Shown: positions 23,487 through 36,180 of the stretch, in pieces
How positions within the stretch are numbered: the stretch's first letter is position 1
Layout: every line of letters begins with the position of its first letter
Assembly: GCA_964016885.1 (NCBI GenBank)
Contig: CAXHJY010000704.1
Span: forward strand, 1-64,000
DNA length: 64,000 nucleotides
Direction: 5' to 3'
From: Eledone cirrhosa
Taxonomy: Eukaryota
The notes under the pieces: model-generated
What the model saw: only the letters and a program-made list of their open reading frames with translations
What the model was told of the DNA's origin: nothing
The model's database searches: none
Made by a program: the position numbers and the translations under genes

Positions 23487-26400
23487 CATCATCATCATCA
23501 TCATCAACGTTTAACGTCCGTGTTCCACGCTTGCATGGGTTTGGACGGGGGTAGTCCCACTTGAGGCAAGAGTGATTGTCTTGCTCGCATAGGACTGTCT
23601 GGCAGGTTTTCTACAGTTGGATGCCCTTCCTAACACCAGCCACATTTACAGTGTGGGTCTGGGAGGTTTTTACCGTGTTGCCTACATGGCCACATTACAG
23701 CGTGGACTGTGTGTTTTTTTGTCGTGACACCTACACGATCTCATTTGTTTCGGCCTGGATGGCGCGGCACCAACATAACTTTACATAGAACGGGGTGGTG
23801 TGGATGGGGTGGGGGTGGTGGGGGTGGGACGGGGTGTATTTTGTTAGAGATGCCTACTGGCTGGAGTAGGTTTTACTATATATTTAGGTAAGGCGGGTCT
23901 TCTCTGTTACTGAGTACCGCCAAAGGTCTCGGTCCAGTGACATTGTCTTGGAGAGGTGTAAGTGTGTGAGGTCGGAGTTTATCAGCTCGTCCCAGGTTTT
24001 TCTAGGTCTGCCTATTCCGTGGCTACCGTCTATCTTTATTGCCCTGCACTTTGTTATACAGCTATCGACTTTCATGCGCATCACGTGTCCATACCAACGT
24101 AGCCTTCTCTCGAGTAAACAACATCTGATCCCTCTTATCTCTAATTTTTTTCCTTAGTGCGTTTATGCTTTGCCGTTCACGTATATTACTGTTACACATC
24201 CAGCGGAGCATGCAAGCTTCGTTCCTCTCTAGTCTGCGTATATCCTCTGCACACAATGCCCAGGTCTCACTGCCATGCAACATTGCTGTTCGTATGCAGG
24301 CATCGTACAACCTGCCTTTCATTTTTAGGGAGAACCCTTTAGCAGCTAATAGTGGTATAAGCTCTCTGAACTTTTTCCATCCAGTTCTGACTCTAGCTAC
24401 TGTACTTTCAGAGCACCCTCCCCCACTGCTGATTTTATCGCACAGGTAACGGAAGCTGTCCACTATTTCTATAGAACCCTCTGCGCAATTGAAAGAGCTA
24501 GTATTTTGTGGGCACTTGCTGCTACTTATTGCACCAGAACACCGGCCACATGTAAAATCTATGTTCTTAGTTAGCTTACCTGTGATCCCACTACATCTTT
24601 TATGCACCCATACTTTGCATTTAGGACATAAAATGGAGTTTCTACCTACGCCTTTCCTACACACCGAGCACGACCATTTCCCAGAAGGGACCGCCGCCTT
24701 GTTTTCTTTCCTACAAACTAGAACTTTGGTCTTAGCCAGGTTAATTTTAAGTCCTTTTGACTCTAGGCCATGCTTCCATGTTAGAATTTCTTCTCTAGCT
24801 CGGCCATTGATTCCACTATGAGTCTCAGGTCGTCTGCGTATAGGAGTTCCCATGGGCGGCCGGTCTTGAACTCCTCTGTTATAGCCTGAAGGGCAATAAT
24901 AAATAGTAGGGGGCTGAGAACAGAGCCCTGATGGACGCCAACTTTTACGCTAAACTCTTCACTATATTCGTTGTTAATTCTAACCTTGCTGACTGTTTCT
25001 TTATACATGGCTTGTATAGCCCTCACAAGCCATTCGTCAACGCCTAGTTTTCTAAGAGCCCACCAGATAATAGAGCGGGGGACTCTGTCGAAGGCTTTCT
25101 CCAAGTCGACTAAAGCTAAGTAGAGGGGTTTACCTTTAGCTAGGTACTTCTCCTGTAGTTGTCGTACTATGAAAAGAGCGTCTGTGGTACTTTTGCCTGA
25201 CACAAACCCGAACTGCATTTCATCTAGGTCAATTCTCTCTCTGATTAGTTGCGCTATTACTTTTTCCGTGACCTTCATGACCTGGTCGATTAATTTAATG
25301 CCTCTATAGTTATTCCTATCTAGGGCGTCTCCTTTACCCTTATAACAGTTAACGATGATGCTGCTATGCCAGTCCTTCGGAACAACCCCATTCTGTACGA
25401 CTTGGTTAACTATGCGGGTGACCATGGTGTGTCCCACCGTGCCAGATGCCTTCAGCATCTCAGCAACTATTTCCGAAGGCCCAGCCGCTTAACCCGTCTT
25501 CATATCCTTGATTGCCTTACTTATTATACTCCCCTCGACTAACACTGCTGGTCCCTCTATTGGGTCGATATGGGGGAGACTGTCTTTCTCCCATTTATTC
25601 TCCTCATTTAGTAGCCTTTCATAGTGACACTTCCAAGCTACCTTCTTATCAGCGTCGGTGATGGCAAGTGTGCCATCATCGTTTAGTACACACTTCTCCC
25701 CGACAATATCACGGTTTTCCTTGACGCATTGCCTAGCAATCCTGAACACCTCACGTTTTTGGTCCTCGCGTTGTAGAACATGCTTGAACTTTCTTTCCTC
25801 TGCTTCCCTTCTTGCTAAGTACACTTGTCTCCTAGCTTCCCTCCTGGCCACTTGATAGTCTTTTCTACTTCCCCCATCCCGCCATACTTTCCAAGCCTGC
25901 TTTTTGGCCTTAATTGACCCCTCCACTTTACTGTTCCACCACCATGTTACTCTCCTCCTGCCTACAGGCCTGCTCCAGCCACAGACTTCGTCTGTCTCCA
26001 TCAGCAGGTTTGCTTTCAGAAATTCCCACTGTCCCTCTATATTGTCCGACTGTAAATGTTCTTCCTTACTGTCGAAAGCATCAAGTAATATGCTTTGAAA
26101 TTTATTTCTGGCTGTGGGGTCCTTAGCTTCCATATTTTTCTCCTGAGGATAGTCCTCTTCTGCTGTCGAGTACGTCTCGTCCTGACTATGAGGTCGCTAA
26201 TTATCAGTCTATGTTGGGAGGTGCATTCTTCATGGGGGAGGGATTTAGAGTTTACGACAGACACTCTGTCACGTCTTCTGGTAATGATATAATCTACCTG
26301 GCTTGTGTGTTCCCCGGATCTATAGGTGATCAGGTGATTGTCACGTTTTTTGAAATTAGTGTTACAGATAGTTAGGTTATTTGCATCACAGAATTCCAGG

Positions 26401-27125
26401 ATTCTGGAGCCTTCCTCATTTCTAGTACCAAACCCATAGCCTCCATGGATTTCGTCGTAGCCGTCACAATGTTGTCCAACGTGACCATTTAGGTCGCCTG
26501 CAATAATTATATAGTCACTGTCGGATATTTGGGAGGTAGTTAGCATCAGTGTCTCATAGAATCTGTCTTTTATAGTGCCGGGCAGTCCGGATTGGGGTGC
26601 GTACGCAGATATTACTGTCACCGTAGTTCTATTGAGGACAAGTCGTATTTTAATTATTCTGTCGTTCACTCTATTTACGTCTATTATCTTATCTGCCCAC
26701 TTTTCTGCTACCATGATTCCTACTCCACCCAGCCCATTGTCATTTCCCACCCATAAAAGCTTATAACATCGTTTTTTACCCTCAATGAATCTAGCAGACC
26801 CACCCCTCCACCTGGTCTCTTGAATACAACAAACATCGACCTCCTTACGTTCAAGCATTTCTACAACCTCGTTAGCGCAACCCTTTAGGGTGCCTACATT
26901 TATGGTACCAACTCTGAAGTTTTGGATTGCGTTTGGAGGGTGGGGGCGGTGGGGGGCGGGGGGAGATGGGGTTATGTTAGCCATCCGCGGACGAAACAAA
27001 GAGGAGTGCTCGCATTCTCGTCCACGAGGTGAATTTGACTTTAACTTTGGCATTTTCGCTCTGAGCGTCCAGATTTTTCTCTCCCTTCCACTCTCCAGGA
27101 TTCCGCAGTCCATCCATCCATCATA
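23487..27125 (-). mobile_element. RTE LINE subfamily B, near full length, broken by frameshifts and a stop
   Basis: ORFs 26037..27149, 25489..26133, 24781..25458, 24062..24853 and 23884..24084 are collinear with the 1039-aa protein; (CAT)n tail. Confidence 0.95.
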
Positions 27126-27810
27126 TATCGAAGGCAACCAGGCAAGCAATAGTATAGGCCTCTGGCTTATGATTGGTCTGCGTAATAATAATAATGGTGA
27201 TGCGTGGGGGGGGGGGGGGGGGCTCTGGCTTATGATCGGTCCACGTATTAAGAATGGTGGTGTGTGGGCGCGGGTGGGAGGGGTGTGGGGTAGCTAGCTG
27301 GAAGGTTATGATTGTTTAACAAGCGATTAACAAAAAGCAAAAATGCAAGATTTGTTCTGTTCAATACGACAAAAACAACCGTATTTAACATAAATAACAA
27401 AAAAATACAGATTTCGGATTTTGCGAGATTGGATGTTTGGACTAGGTACGAAATTGAAGCGTGGAGTAGATAGAAAAATGTGTACGTTACGATTACATGG
27501 GTACACCGTAGTAGGAACCAGCACTGAATTGAAGCAGCAATGAATTGGCGAAAAGTGATTAAACATGAAGGGGAATTTATCTTATATATATATATATGTA
27601 GCTAAGAGAGAGGGGGAGGGGGAGAGAGAGTGTGGCTGACCGCAGTCCCTCGTGAAGTAGATGGAGGGTGACGGGTGCCTGGGTGCCTGGGTGTAGAAGC
27701 GGGATTTTTGACTTTCGAAGTAGCATAATATATATTTAAAGGAATTTATAAGAAGTAGAATGGGAAGGATTTTGTTTTGTTTTGAGAATATGTATATATA
27801 TATATATATG

Positions 27811-27872
<62 letters not shown>

Positions 27873-27875
<3 letters not shown>

Positions 27876-27935
27876 TCATCATCATCATCAACGTTTAACG
27901 TCCGTGTTCCACGCTTGCATGGGTTTGGACGGGGG
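27873..27935 (-). mobile_element. 63-bp RTE-B terminal stub inside (TA)n
   Basis: (CAT)n-CAACGTTTAACGTCCGTGTTCCACGCTTGCATGGGTTTGGACGGGGG, identical to the end of 23487-27125. Confidence 0.85.
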
Positions 27936-27966
<31 letters not shown>

Positions 27967-28293
27967 TTCAAGAGTAACCAATCTTAAAGAGAGAGATGGA
28001 GATAGGAGAGGAGATATGAGAGGAGAGATTGGTGAGTTAGTTAGAAGCCAAAGCGTAAAGGCATGTGCTCAATGTGCAATATGCAGTAGAAAGCAGCTAG
28101 GTGGCTGGGTTCATGCAGAAGTTAGGCGCGCAGAGCTGGAAATATTCATTAGTTAAGCACAACAAGACCACAAATTTCACAAGGAAGACATTATTAAAAG
28201 ATTGTCAACATATTTTAGTTTGATGTAAGGAATGTAGAGAATAATAATAATAATATTAATAATAATAATGTCCGTTTACAATTGTTTCGCTAC

Positions 28294-29122
28294 CAACTCC
28301 ACTAGAACCCCTAGAAGGAATAGACCTAGAAATATCACCTGGCTTAACCCCCCATTCTCATCTAATCTAGCCACTAATATCCCCAAATGCTTCTTCTCTA
28401 TCCTATCTAAACACTTCCCTCCCAACCATAGATATTACAAACTCTTTAATAAAAATAACATTAAAATCTCATTCTCCACTACACCTAACCTAGCTAGCCA
28501 CATCGCGTTCAGTAACCATCATAAGCTAAGACAGTATAACTCCCACACCGCGGTACCACCACCCCTATCAAATACACCACGCCACTACACCAATAATTAC
28601 TCTAGTAGCACACCTCCCCCATCTAATCCTTCTAGCACGGACCTACCGCTTAGGTTAAACAACCCTACTCTCACTAACCGCAGAAGCAACTGCAACTGCC
28701 GTTACCCCAATGCATGCCCATTAAATGGACACTGCCTGACACCCAACATAGTCTATAGGTGCACGGTTAAGACTGCTTCGAATACCAGCTCTTATATCGG
28801 GTCTACCTCTAACCCTTTTAAGGTACGCTATAATGCGTACTCTTTTTCCTTCCAAGACCCTAGCAACAGATGTTCGACATCGCTAGCTAGGCTCATTAAA
28901 AACCTTAAATTAAACAACGTTCAACACTCACTAAAATGGGATATCGTGGCTGGGGCTCAACCGTTCAATGGACGAAGAAAATCTTGTGATCTCTGTATTA
29001 CAGAAGCATATTACATAACTCTATCACAACCTCTACCGATTAACGATAGAACGGAAGTAACTATTAGCTGTCAACATCGAAGGGCTAATTCCTTCGCCAA
29101 TAGAAATTTTGACCCAACTTAG
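28294..29122 (+). pseudogene. Penelope-like ORF C-terminus: linker, Cys-rich region and GIY-YIG endonuclease
   Basis: RNITWLNPPFS..KHFPPNHRYYKLFNKNNIKISFS; CNCR..CPLNGHCL..NIVYRC..SYIGST..FKVRY; CDLCITE..INDRTE..CQH. The annotated ATG at 28268 comes from the inverted repeat. Confidence 0.88.
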
Positions 29123-29517
29123 TCATGTAGCCCCATTTTTACTTGTAGCTAATAAGTTAAATTGCTATGAACAACTCGATAATTATAAGTTACCTCCCCT
29201 ACATTGTCTCTCAATTAAAAAAAAATGTTTAAATTAGCACTTAACTATAAACACCCACAATTTCTAATCTCTCGAGAAGTTACTTCCCCTGAAACCACCC
29301 TCTAATTAGTAAGGTAAATATGCCCTTTGGCAGCCATCTTGTTACCAATAGGCAGATCTCACACAATGCAGCCTCGACAGATGAATACTGCTTGATTATG
29401 GCTGACAACTGATGCAACCAGGACACCATAGTAAAAACCAATATATGGAACATTATATTATGTAACATTATCTTATTAATTTAATCTATATTCCTTTGAA
29501 GTTCCGATGAGCCGCTC

Positions 29518-32500
29518 TCATCATCATCATCATCATCACCGTTTTACGTCCGTTCTTCCACGCTAGCATGGGTTAGACGGGTTGTCCTGTTGTGGGCAGT
29601 GTCTGGTCGGCTGACCATGCCTTGCTCATACAGGAACTGATCTGGCTTGATTTCTACAGCTGGATGCCCTTCCTAACACCAACCTCATTTACAGTGAGTG
29701 CTGGGTGCTTTTTCGTGGCGCCTACACGTCCACTTTACAGTGTGGGCTGGGTGCTTTTTTGCCGTGGCACCTCCACGGCCACCTTGCGGTGGAGGGGGGG
29801 GGGCATATTGTTTATATGCTTCAGCATGTACCCATGGGAGGTCGGGTACCCTGTATTACTGCGTGACGCCAGAAGTCACGGTCGTGTGTCATTGACTTTG
29901 AGAGGTGTAGTTGGGTAAGGTCGGCTTTTATCACCTCATCCCAAGTCATCTTGGGTCTCCCCACTCCGCGGTTTCCATCAACTTCTAGTGCTCTGCACCT
30001 TTTTATGCAGCTGTCATCCTTCATACGCATCACATGTCCATACCAGCGTAACCGCCTCTCCTGCACGCAGCATTTGATTCCTCTTATGCTCAGTCTCTCT
30101 CTCAATTCCTTTATGCTTTGTCGTTCACGTATATTACTGTTACACATCCATCGGAGCATGCAGGCTTCGTTTCTCTCTAATCTACGTAAGTCTTCCACCT
30201 TCAGCGCCCAGGTCTCACTACCATGCAACATCGCTGTTCGGATACACGCATCATACAGTCTGCCTTTCATTCTGAGGGAGAAGCCTTTTGCAGCTAGCAG
30301 TGGTAGTAGTTCCCTAAACTTCTTCCATCCCGTTCTTACCCTAGTTATTGTACTTTCTGAGCACCCACCTCCGTTGCTAATTCGGTCACCTAGGTAGCAG
30401 AAGCTGTCTACTGTTTCTACAGGGCCCTCCCAGAGATTGGTGGTACTTGTTTCCTGTGGCTGTTTGCTTGCTGTTTCAGCACAGCTGCTGCATGTGAATC
30501 CTACATTCTTAATTAAGCTTCCTGAGATCCCGCTACATCTCTTGTGTACCCATTGTTTGCATTTGGGGCAAAGAATGGAGTTCCTACCTACACCTTTCCT
30601 ACATACTGAGCAAGGCCATTTCCCTGAGGGGATCTGGGTTCTGTTTTCTCGTCTACTTATAAGGACCTTAGTCTTTGTCATGTTGACTTTGAGGCCCTTT
30701 CTCTCTAGTCCCTGCTTCCAGGTTTGGAATTTATTCTCTAGTTCTACCATAGATTCAGCTATGAGTGCGAGGTCATCAGCATACAGGAGTTCCCATGGGC
30801 ATCCGGTCTTAAACTCCTCCGTTATTGCCTGCAGGACTATGATGAACAGGAGAGGGCTAAGAACAGAGCCCTGGTGGACCCCAACCTGTACGCTAAATTC
30901 CTCGCTATACTCATTGCCAATCCTAACTTTGCTGACTGCTCCCCTATACATGGCTTGTACCGCTTTCACAAGCCATTCATCTACTCCTAGTTTTCTAAGA
31001 GCCCACCAGATTACTGCACGTGGAACTCTGTCAAAGGCTTTCTCAAGGTCGACAAATGCCAAGTAGAGTGGCTTACTTTTAGCTAGGTACTTTTCCTGTA
31101 ATTGCCTCACAAGGAAGAGCGCATCAGTGGTGCCTTTCCCTGGAACAAACCCAAATTGCATCTCGTCTATATTCACCCGGTCCCTAATCAGCTGTGCTAT
31201 AACTCTTTCTGTTACTTTCATGACCTGGTCCATCAACTTTATACCTCTATAGTTTCCTCTATCTAGTGCATCGCCTTTACCTTTGTAGCAGTTGACAATG
31301 ATGCTACTGCACCAATCTTTTGGTATGGCCCCCTCTAGTATTACCTGGTTAACGATACGTGTGGTTATAGTGTGACCTACAGACCCAGATGCCTTCAGCA
31401 TCTCGGCAGCTATACCCGATGGACCGGTTGCCTTCCCTATCTTCATATCTCTGATTGCCTTACTTACTACGCTGCCGCTGACTTGTACTGCTGGTCCCTC
31501 TATAGGGTCTACGTGGGGTAGGGTCTCTTCTTCCCATGCATTCTCCTCATTTAGTAATCTATCATAATGACTCTTCCATGCATCTTTCTTCTCAGCACTT
31601 GTGAGGGCAAGCTCACCTTTATCATTCCGGATACACTTCTCTCCAATGACATCACAACTATCTCTGACACACTGCCTCGCAATCTTGAATACCTCCTGTT
31701 TCTGGTCCTCACGTTGTAAAACATGCTTGAATTTTCTATCCTCTGCTTCCCTCCTAGCTAAGTATACTTGTCGCCTAGCTTCCCTCTTGGTCTCTATGTA
31801 ATGTACCCTGCTCCCCCCGTTCTTCCATTCTTTCCATGCCTGTCTCTTGGCCTTGACTGCTTCATCTACCTTATTGTTCCACCACCAAGTCACTCTCCTC
31901 CTGCTTGAGGTCTTACTCCAGCCACAAACCTCATCCGTCGCCTCTAGTAAGTTATTTTTTAGGAACTCCCAGTTCTCTTCTACGTTAAATGTCTCTATCT
32001 GTTCTTCTTTACTGTCGTAGGCGTTGAGTAAAATATCTTTAAATCTGTTACTGGTTGAGGGGACTTTCAGCTTCCAGATCTTTCTTCTCCAGGTTGGCCT
32101 CTGTTTCAGGGCTCGTCTAGTTCTGACCGTGAGGTCGCTGACAACTAAGCTATGTTGGGATGTACATTCCTCACTAGGGAAGGCTTTTGTGTTTACGACC
32201 GTCCATCTGTCACGTCCTCTGATGAGGATAAAATCTAACTGACTAGAGTGCTCCCCTGATCTATAGGTGATCAGGTGGTTGTCGGGTTTTTTAAAGTTTG
32301 TGTTACATATCGACATGTCATTGGCGTCGCAGAATTCTAGAAGTCTGAATCCTTCCTCATTCCTTGTGCCAACTCCATGGCCTCCATGTACTCTATTGAA
32401 GCCGTCGCAGTGTTTACCTACGTGTCCGTTAAAATCTCCTGCAATGATTAGGAAGTCCTTGTCGTCTGTTAGAGCAGTAGTGTGTATTAGGGACTCGTAA

Positions 32501-32805
32501 AACCTATCCTTAAGTTCGTCTGGCAGCCCCGATTGGGGTGCGTAAGCTGATATTATTGTGGTAATTGTCTTATTCAGGACTAGTCTGAGTTTAATGATTC
32601 TTGCATTTATCCTGTACACTGAGATTACTTTATCTACCCACTTGTCAGCTAATAGTATACCTACACCACCCATCCCATCGTCATTTCCCACCCAGAAAAA
32701 TTTGTAGCACTGGCTTTTTCCTACAAGGACTCTAGCAGACCCTCCTCTCCATCTAGTCTCTTGCACACAGCATACATCAACTTCCTTTCGCTCTAGCATT
32801 TCTAC
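29518..32805 (-). mobile_element. RTE LINE subfamily A, 5'-truncated, near-identical to 18501-21985
   Basis: 992-aa open frame 29821..32799 equals residues 48-1039 of the intact copy; three substitutions seen; (CAT)n tail at 29518. Confidence 0.96.
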
Positions 32806-32955
32806 CCTGTCTTTAACCTAATTCATTCAATCTGAAAATATTGAAGAGATAAGACACTTTGCCATTCTTCTCTGCTAAAATGTACCACTAGAGCTGATTC
32901 AAATTTTCCCAGCCAGCCATCCACCTAATCTACGAAGGTATTTTAGCCTACATAT

Positions 32956-33250
32956 TGTCGTTAATATTATGATGTTCCCTGCTGTATTAGCGTTAAATTT
33001 TCCCTGCTGTATTAGCGATAAATTTTCGAGGGTTTCTCTTAGTAGCTTTTTCATGTCGTTAATATTATGATGTTCCCTGCTGTATTAGCGTTAAATTTTC
33101 CCTGCTGTATTAGCGATAAATTTTCGAGGGTTTCTCTTAGTAGCTTTTTCATGTCGTTAATATTATGATGTTCCCTGCTGTATTAGCGTTAAATTTTCCC
33201 TGCTGTATTAGCGATACATTTTCGAGGGTTTCTCTTAGTAGCTTTTTTCA
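32956..33250. repeat. 3 x 98-bp tandem repeat with internal 26-27-bp sub-repeat
   Basis: TGTCGTTAATATTATGATG at 32956, 33054 and 33152; TTCCCTGCTGTATTAGCG twice per unit. Confidence 0.9.
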
Positions 33251-33717
33251 TGACGTTATTATTGTTAATTTTACTGATGTAGTATTAACTTATTAACTTG
33301 GATATTTACCATGCGGTATTCTAATCCTATTGTATCTCTCTCAGTTATTTACCATGCGACCCTCAGTTCCTACCCCCCCCCCCCTCTATGCACTTCTTTA
33401 AGGCTTACTACCCTGTCTTTAACCTAATTCATTCAATCTGAAAATATTGAAGAGATAAGACACTTTGCCATTCTTTTAAATATGTTAATTATCTTTTAAA
33501 TATGTTAATTATTTTCAACTGAACCAGATCAATTATATATAGTCATCTGATCCAGAAATATTATATGGAGTAGCGAAACAATTGTAAACGGACATTGTTA
33601 TTATTAATATTATTATTATTATTATTCTCTACATACCTTACATCAAACTAAAATATGTTGACAATCTTTTAATAATGCCTTCCTTGTGAAATTTGTGGTC
33701 TTGTTTTGCTTAACTAA

Positions 33718-33761
<44 letters not shown>

Positions 33762-34003
33762 TACACACCTCTTCTTTATATTCTTATATCTACAGGTTTC
33801 TGCCTTCTCTATTTTCAGAATTTGCTGTAGTCTATGTTTTATACATTTTATACATTATACAGTTTGCAATACAATATAGTATTAATTCAATAAAATGCAA
33901 AAGAGAATTAGTGGTAAAACAAAAAAATACAAAACTACACAGAAAGCATTAGTCAAAAGGTTAACAGATTTTTCTGTAACTTTACCATCTCATATCAACT
34001 TAC

Positions 34004-34087
34004 CAGTAATGTGCTGTACTTTCTTCAGGTTATAACCACCAATTCCAATCAATTTATTCCGGTTTGCAATTGGCACTTCCAATTTTT
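34004..34087 (-). CDS. PNPT1: Internal coding exon of mitochondrial polynucleotide phosphorylase (PNPase), KH domain
   Basis: Acceptor ..AATACTTTCAG| and donor |GTAAGT; 84 nt, phase 1-1; translates (E)KLEVPIANRNKLIGIGGYNLKKVQHIT(G), versus human PNPT1 recalled as [29 protein letters not shown]. Confidence 0.85.
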
Positions 34088-34750
34088 CTGAAAGTATTTT
34101 AAAGAATTATTAAACAGATGGTGATGACAGCTTGAAACACAGAAGGTAATTTCTAAAAGGATTGTTTAAGTATAGGAACCTATAGAGCCTATCTCATAGT
34201 ATTTTAGGTTTCGCCAAAGACACCTGATACTAATATAGGCTTAATGTCTAATGAGGCTAATAAATTGTAAAATTATACGCTACATAAATACACATGTACA
34301 AACTTAGATACACATACATGACTGTACACTCTGTACACACATGGCTGCAAATATATTCATACATAAATATGCCGCCTGTGTATATACATGCAAATATATG
34401 GATTGCAATGTTTTAAAAAAGTATACATTTGTATACATTACAAAATGCTTGTATGTAAATGTACACACAAAGACATGTAGATACAAATACAATAAAGAAT
34501 TGAAAGATGTTTAAAAACACATAGAAAGAAACAAAAATTAATTTAAAAAGACATACAATACTATTCATGCATAGTCCTGTAACTCATGAAGAAAACATAG
34601 GAGCGTCGTATTGATATACAGTATTTCTAGGACTTTTTAAACCTGGCTGAGCCCATCTCCTCTCCAGATTTGAATACAGCAGAATTCTTTCAGAGGAAGA
34701 ATAGATAGATAGATAGCTCTCTCTCTTTCTCTCTCTATATATATATATAT

Positions 34751-35425
34751 TTCGTTTCTGAATTTGTTTAGCAAGATTCCTTATCTGAAAACGTGTGTTG
34801 AAACCGATATTGTTATACTTTGGGAGGGTCATGTTGCCAATAAGAAACACATGCACCAGTTGTTTTCACTTCAATTTATTATAAATTTCTGGTTGCTTGG
34901 TTGGTTCTATAACTGGATGGTCGTTCATATATTGTCAAAGTTCTTTCGTCACACATTATGTGACATCTCTAGTGAATGGGGATTCCTTTCTTTATTTTTT
35001 ATTTTGTGCCTCTCCTTTGTTCTGCCCTACGCCATCTTGTTTGTGTGCTTAGTTTGCACATGTGTTAAATCCAGGTGTCTGTATGTGTTTTTATTTGTTT
35101 ATTTACTTGTTTATTTATTTGTTTATTTACATGTTACTAGTTGGTTGTTTGTTCTATGTGTGTGTTTTCATTTTGTCCTTAATTATAAGTTGTGATGTTG
35201 CTATTCCATTCATGTTTTTTATTTAATTTTGATTGGAGTTCATTTATGTTTATTGCCTGTGATTTGTCTAAACATTGCGTCTTTTCTGTGTGTAGATTCT
35301 ATTTTTATCTCTATGTTCTCTAATTTGCCCTTATGTTCTATTTTAGCATGTTGGTGGAGTATTGATGAGTCTTTCCTATCTCGGAGTTCTCGCCAGTGTT
35401 CATTTAATCGTTCTCCTATGCTAAT
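34751..35425 (-). mobile_element. Penelope-like element family 2, 3' fragment with pLTR
   Basis: Near-identical to 38738-39345; encodes SIGERLNEH..; 3' end abuts (TA)n. Confidence 0.85.
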
Positions 35426-35834
35426 ACTCTTCTCCTAATACTCAATAGACTATATCAATGCACTTAACTAATGATTGACCTATTGGAACTCTATAACCAG
35501 CAAAACTATTATTTAAAAATAAAGATTCATTTTCATTCATTTCATTTTACGTCCACTTTTCCCTGCTTGCAAGGGTGGGGCGGGAACTGATTCTGGCTTG
35601 ATTTCTACACCTGGATGCCCTTAGATTAAAGATTACATTAAATAATAAAGATTAGATTAAATACAGTAATTTTACCATTAAACATCTCACACAAACCCTA
35701 AATTTCACATATTCCTCTTCCATCACAAATTCGTATCCTGTTATTAATATGGAGGAGAAATAAAAACAAAAACAACAAAACATATATGAATGCGATTTTT
35801 TTTACAAATACCATTGAATTACAACAGTATTTTA

Positions 35835-36180
35835 TCATCATCATTTGTCTATTTTCCATGCAAGCATGGGTTAGGCAGGTTATCCTGTTTGAAGTAGGAT
35901 GGGTCACGTAACTGTGTCTTGCTCATACAGAACTGTTTTTAGCTTTGTGTCTATGGCTGGATGCCCTTCCTAATGCCAACCACATTTACAGTCTGTGTTG
36001 GGTGCTTTTTTTCGTGACACCTACATAACCACTTTACAGTGTGTATTTGTTGTGACACCTACTTGGCCACTTTACAGTGTGGGTTGGGTGCTTTTCATTG
36101 TGACACCTGCACGGCCACTTTACAGTGTGGGCTGGGTGCTTTTTGTTGTGGCACCAAAACGACGACTTTACAGTGTAGTA
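35835..36180 (-). mobile_element. RTE 3' UTR fragment with about four 48-bp units
   Basis: Repeated CCACTTTACAGTGTGGG.TGGGTGCTTTT units and (CAT)n end. Confidence 0.8.

Larger units (their letters stand above)
28142..33724 (+). mobile_element. 5'-truncated Penelope-like element with inverted terminal copy and nested insertions
   Basis: 28142-28293 is the reverse complement of 33570-33724; GIY-YIG ORF inside; hammerhead halves at 29501-29517 and 33568-33589. Confidence 0.8.

Noticed and set aside
23791-23836. G-quadruplex-prone G tracts in the RTE-B 3' UTR (also 9731-9770 and the complement of 59605-59655)
   Set aside because: G-rich strand is antisense to the element and variable between copies; no evidence of function
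35698-35750. Minus-strand RICDGRGICEI resembling PNPT1 RCDGRD
   Set aside because: In-frame stop follows immediately, and the position is incompatible with the many exons expected between that motif and the KH exon
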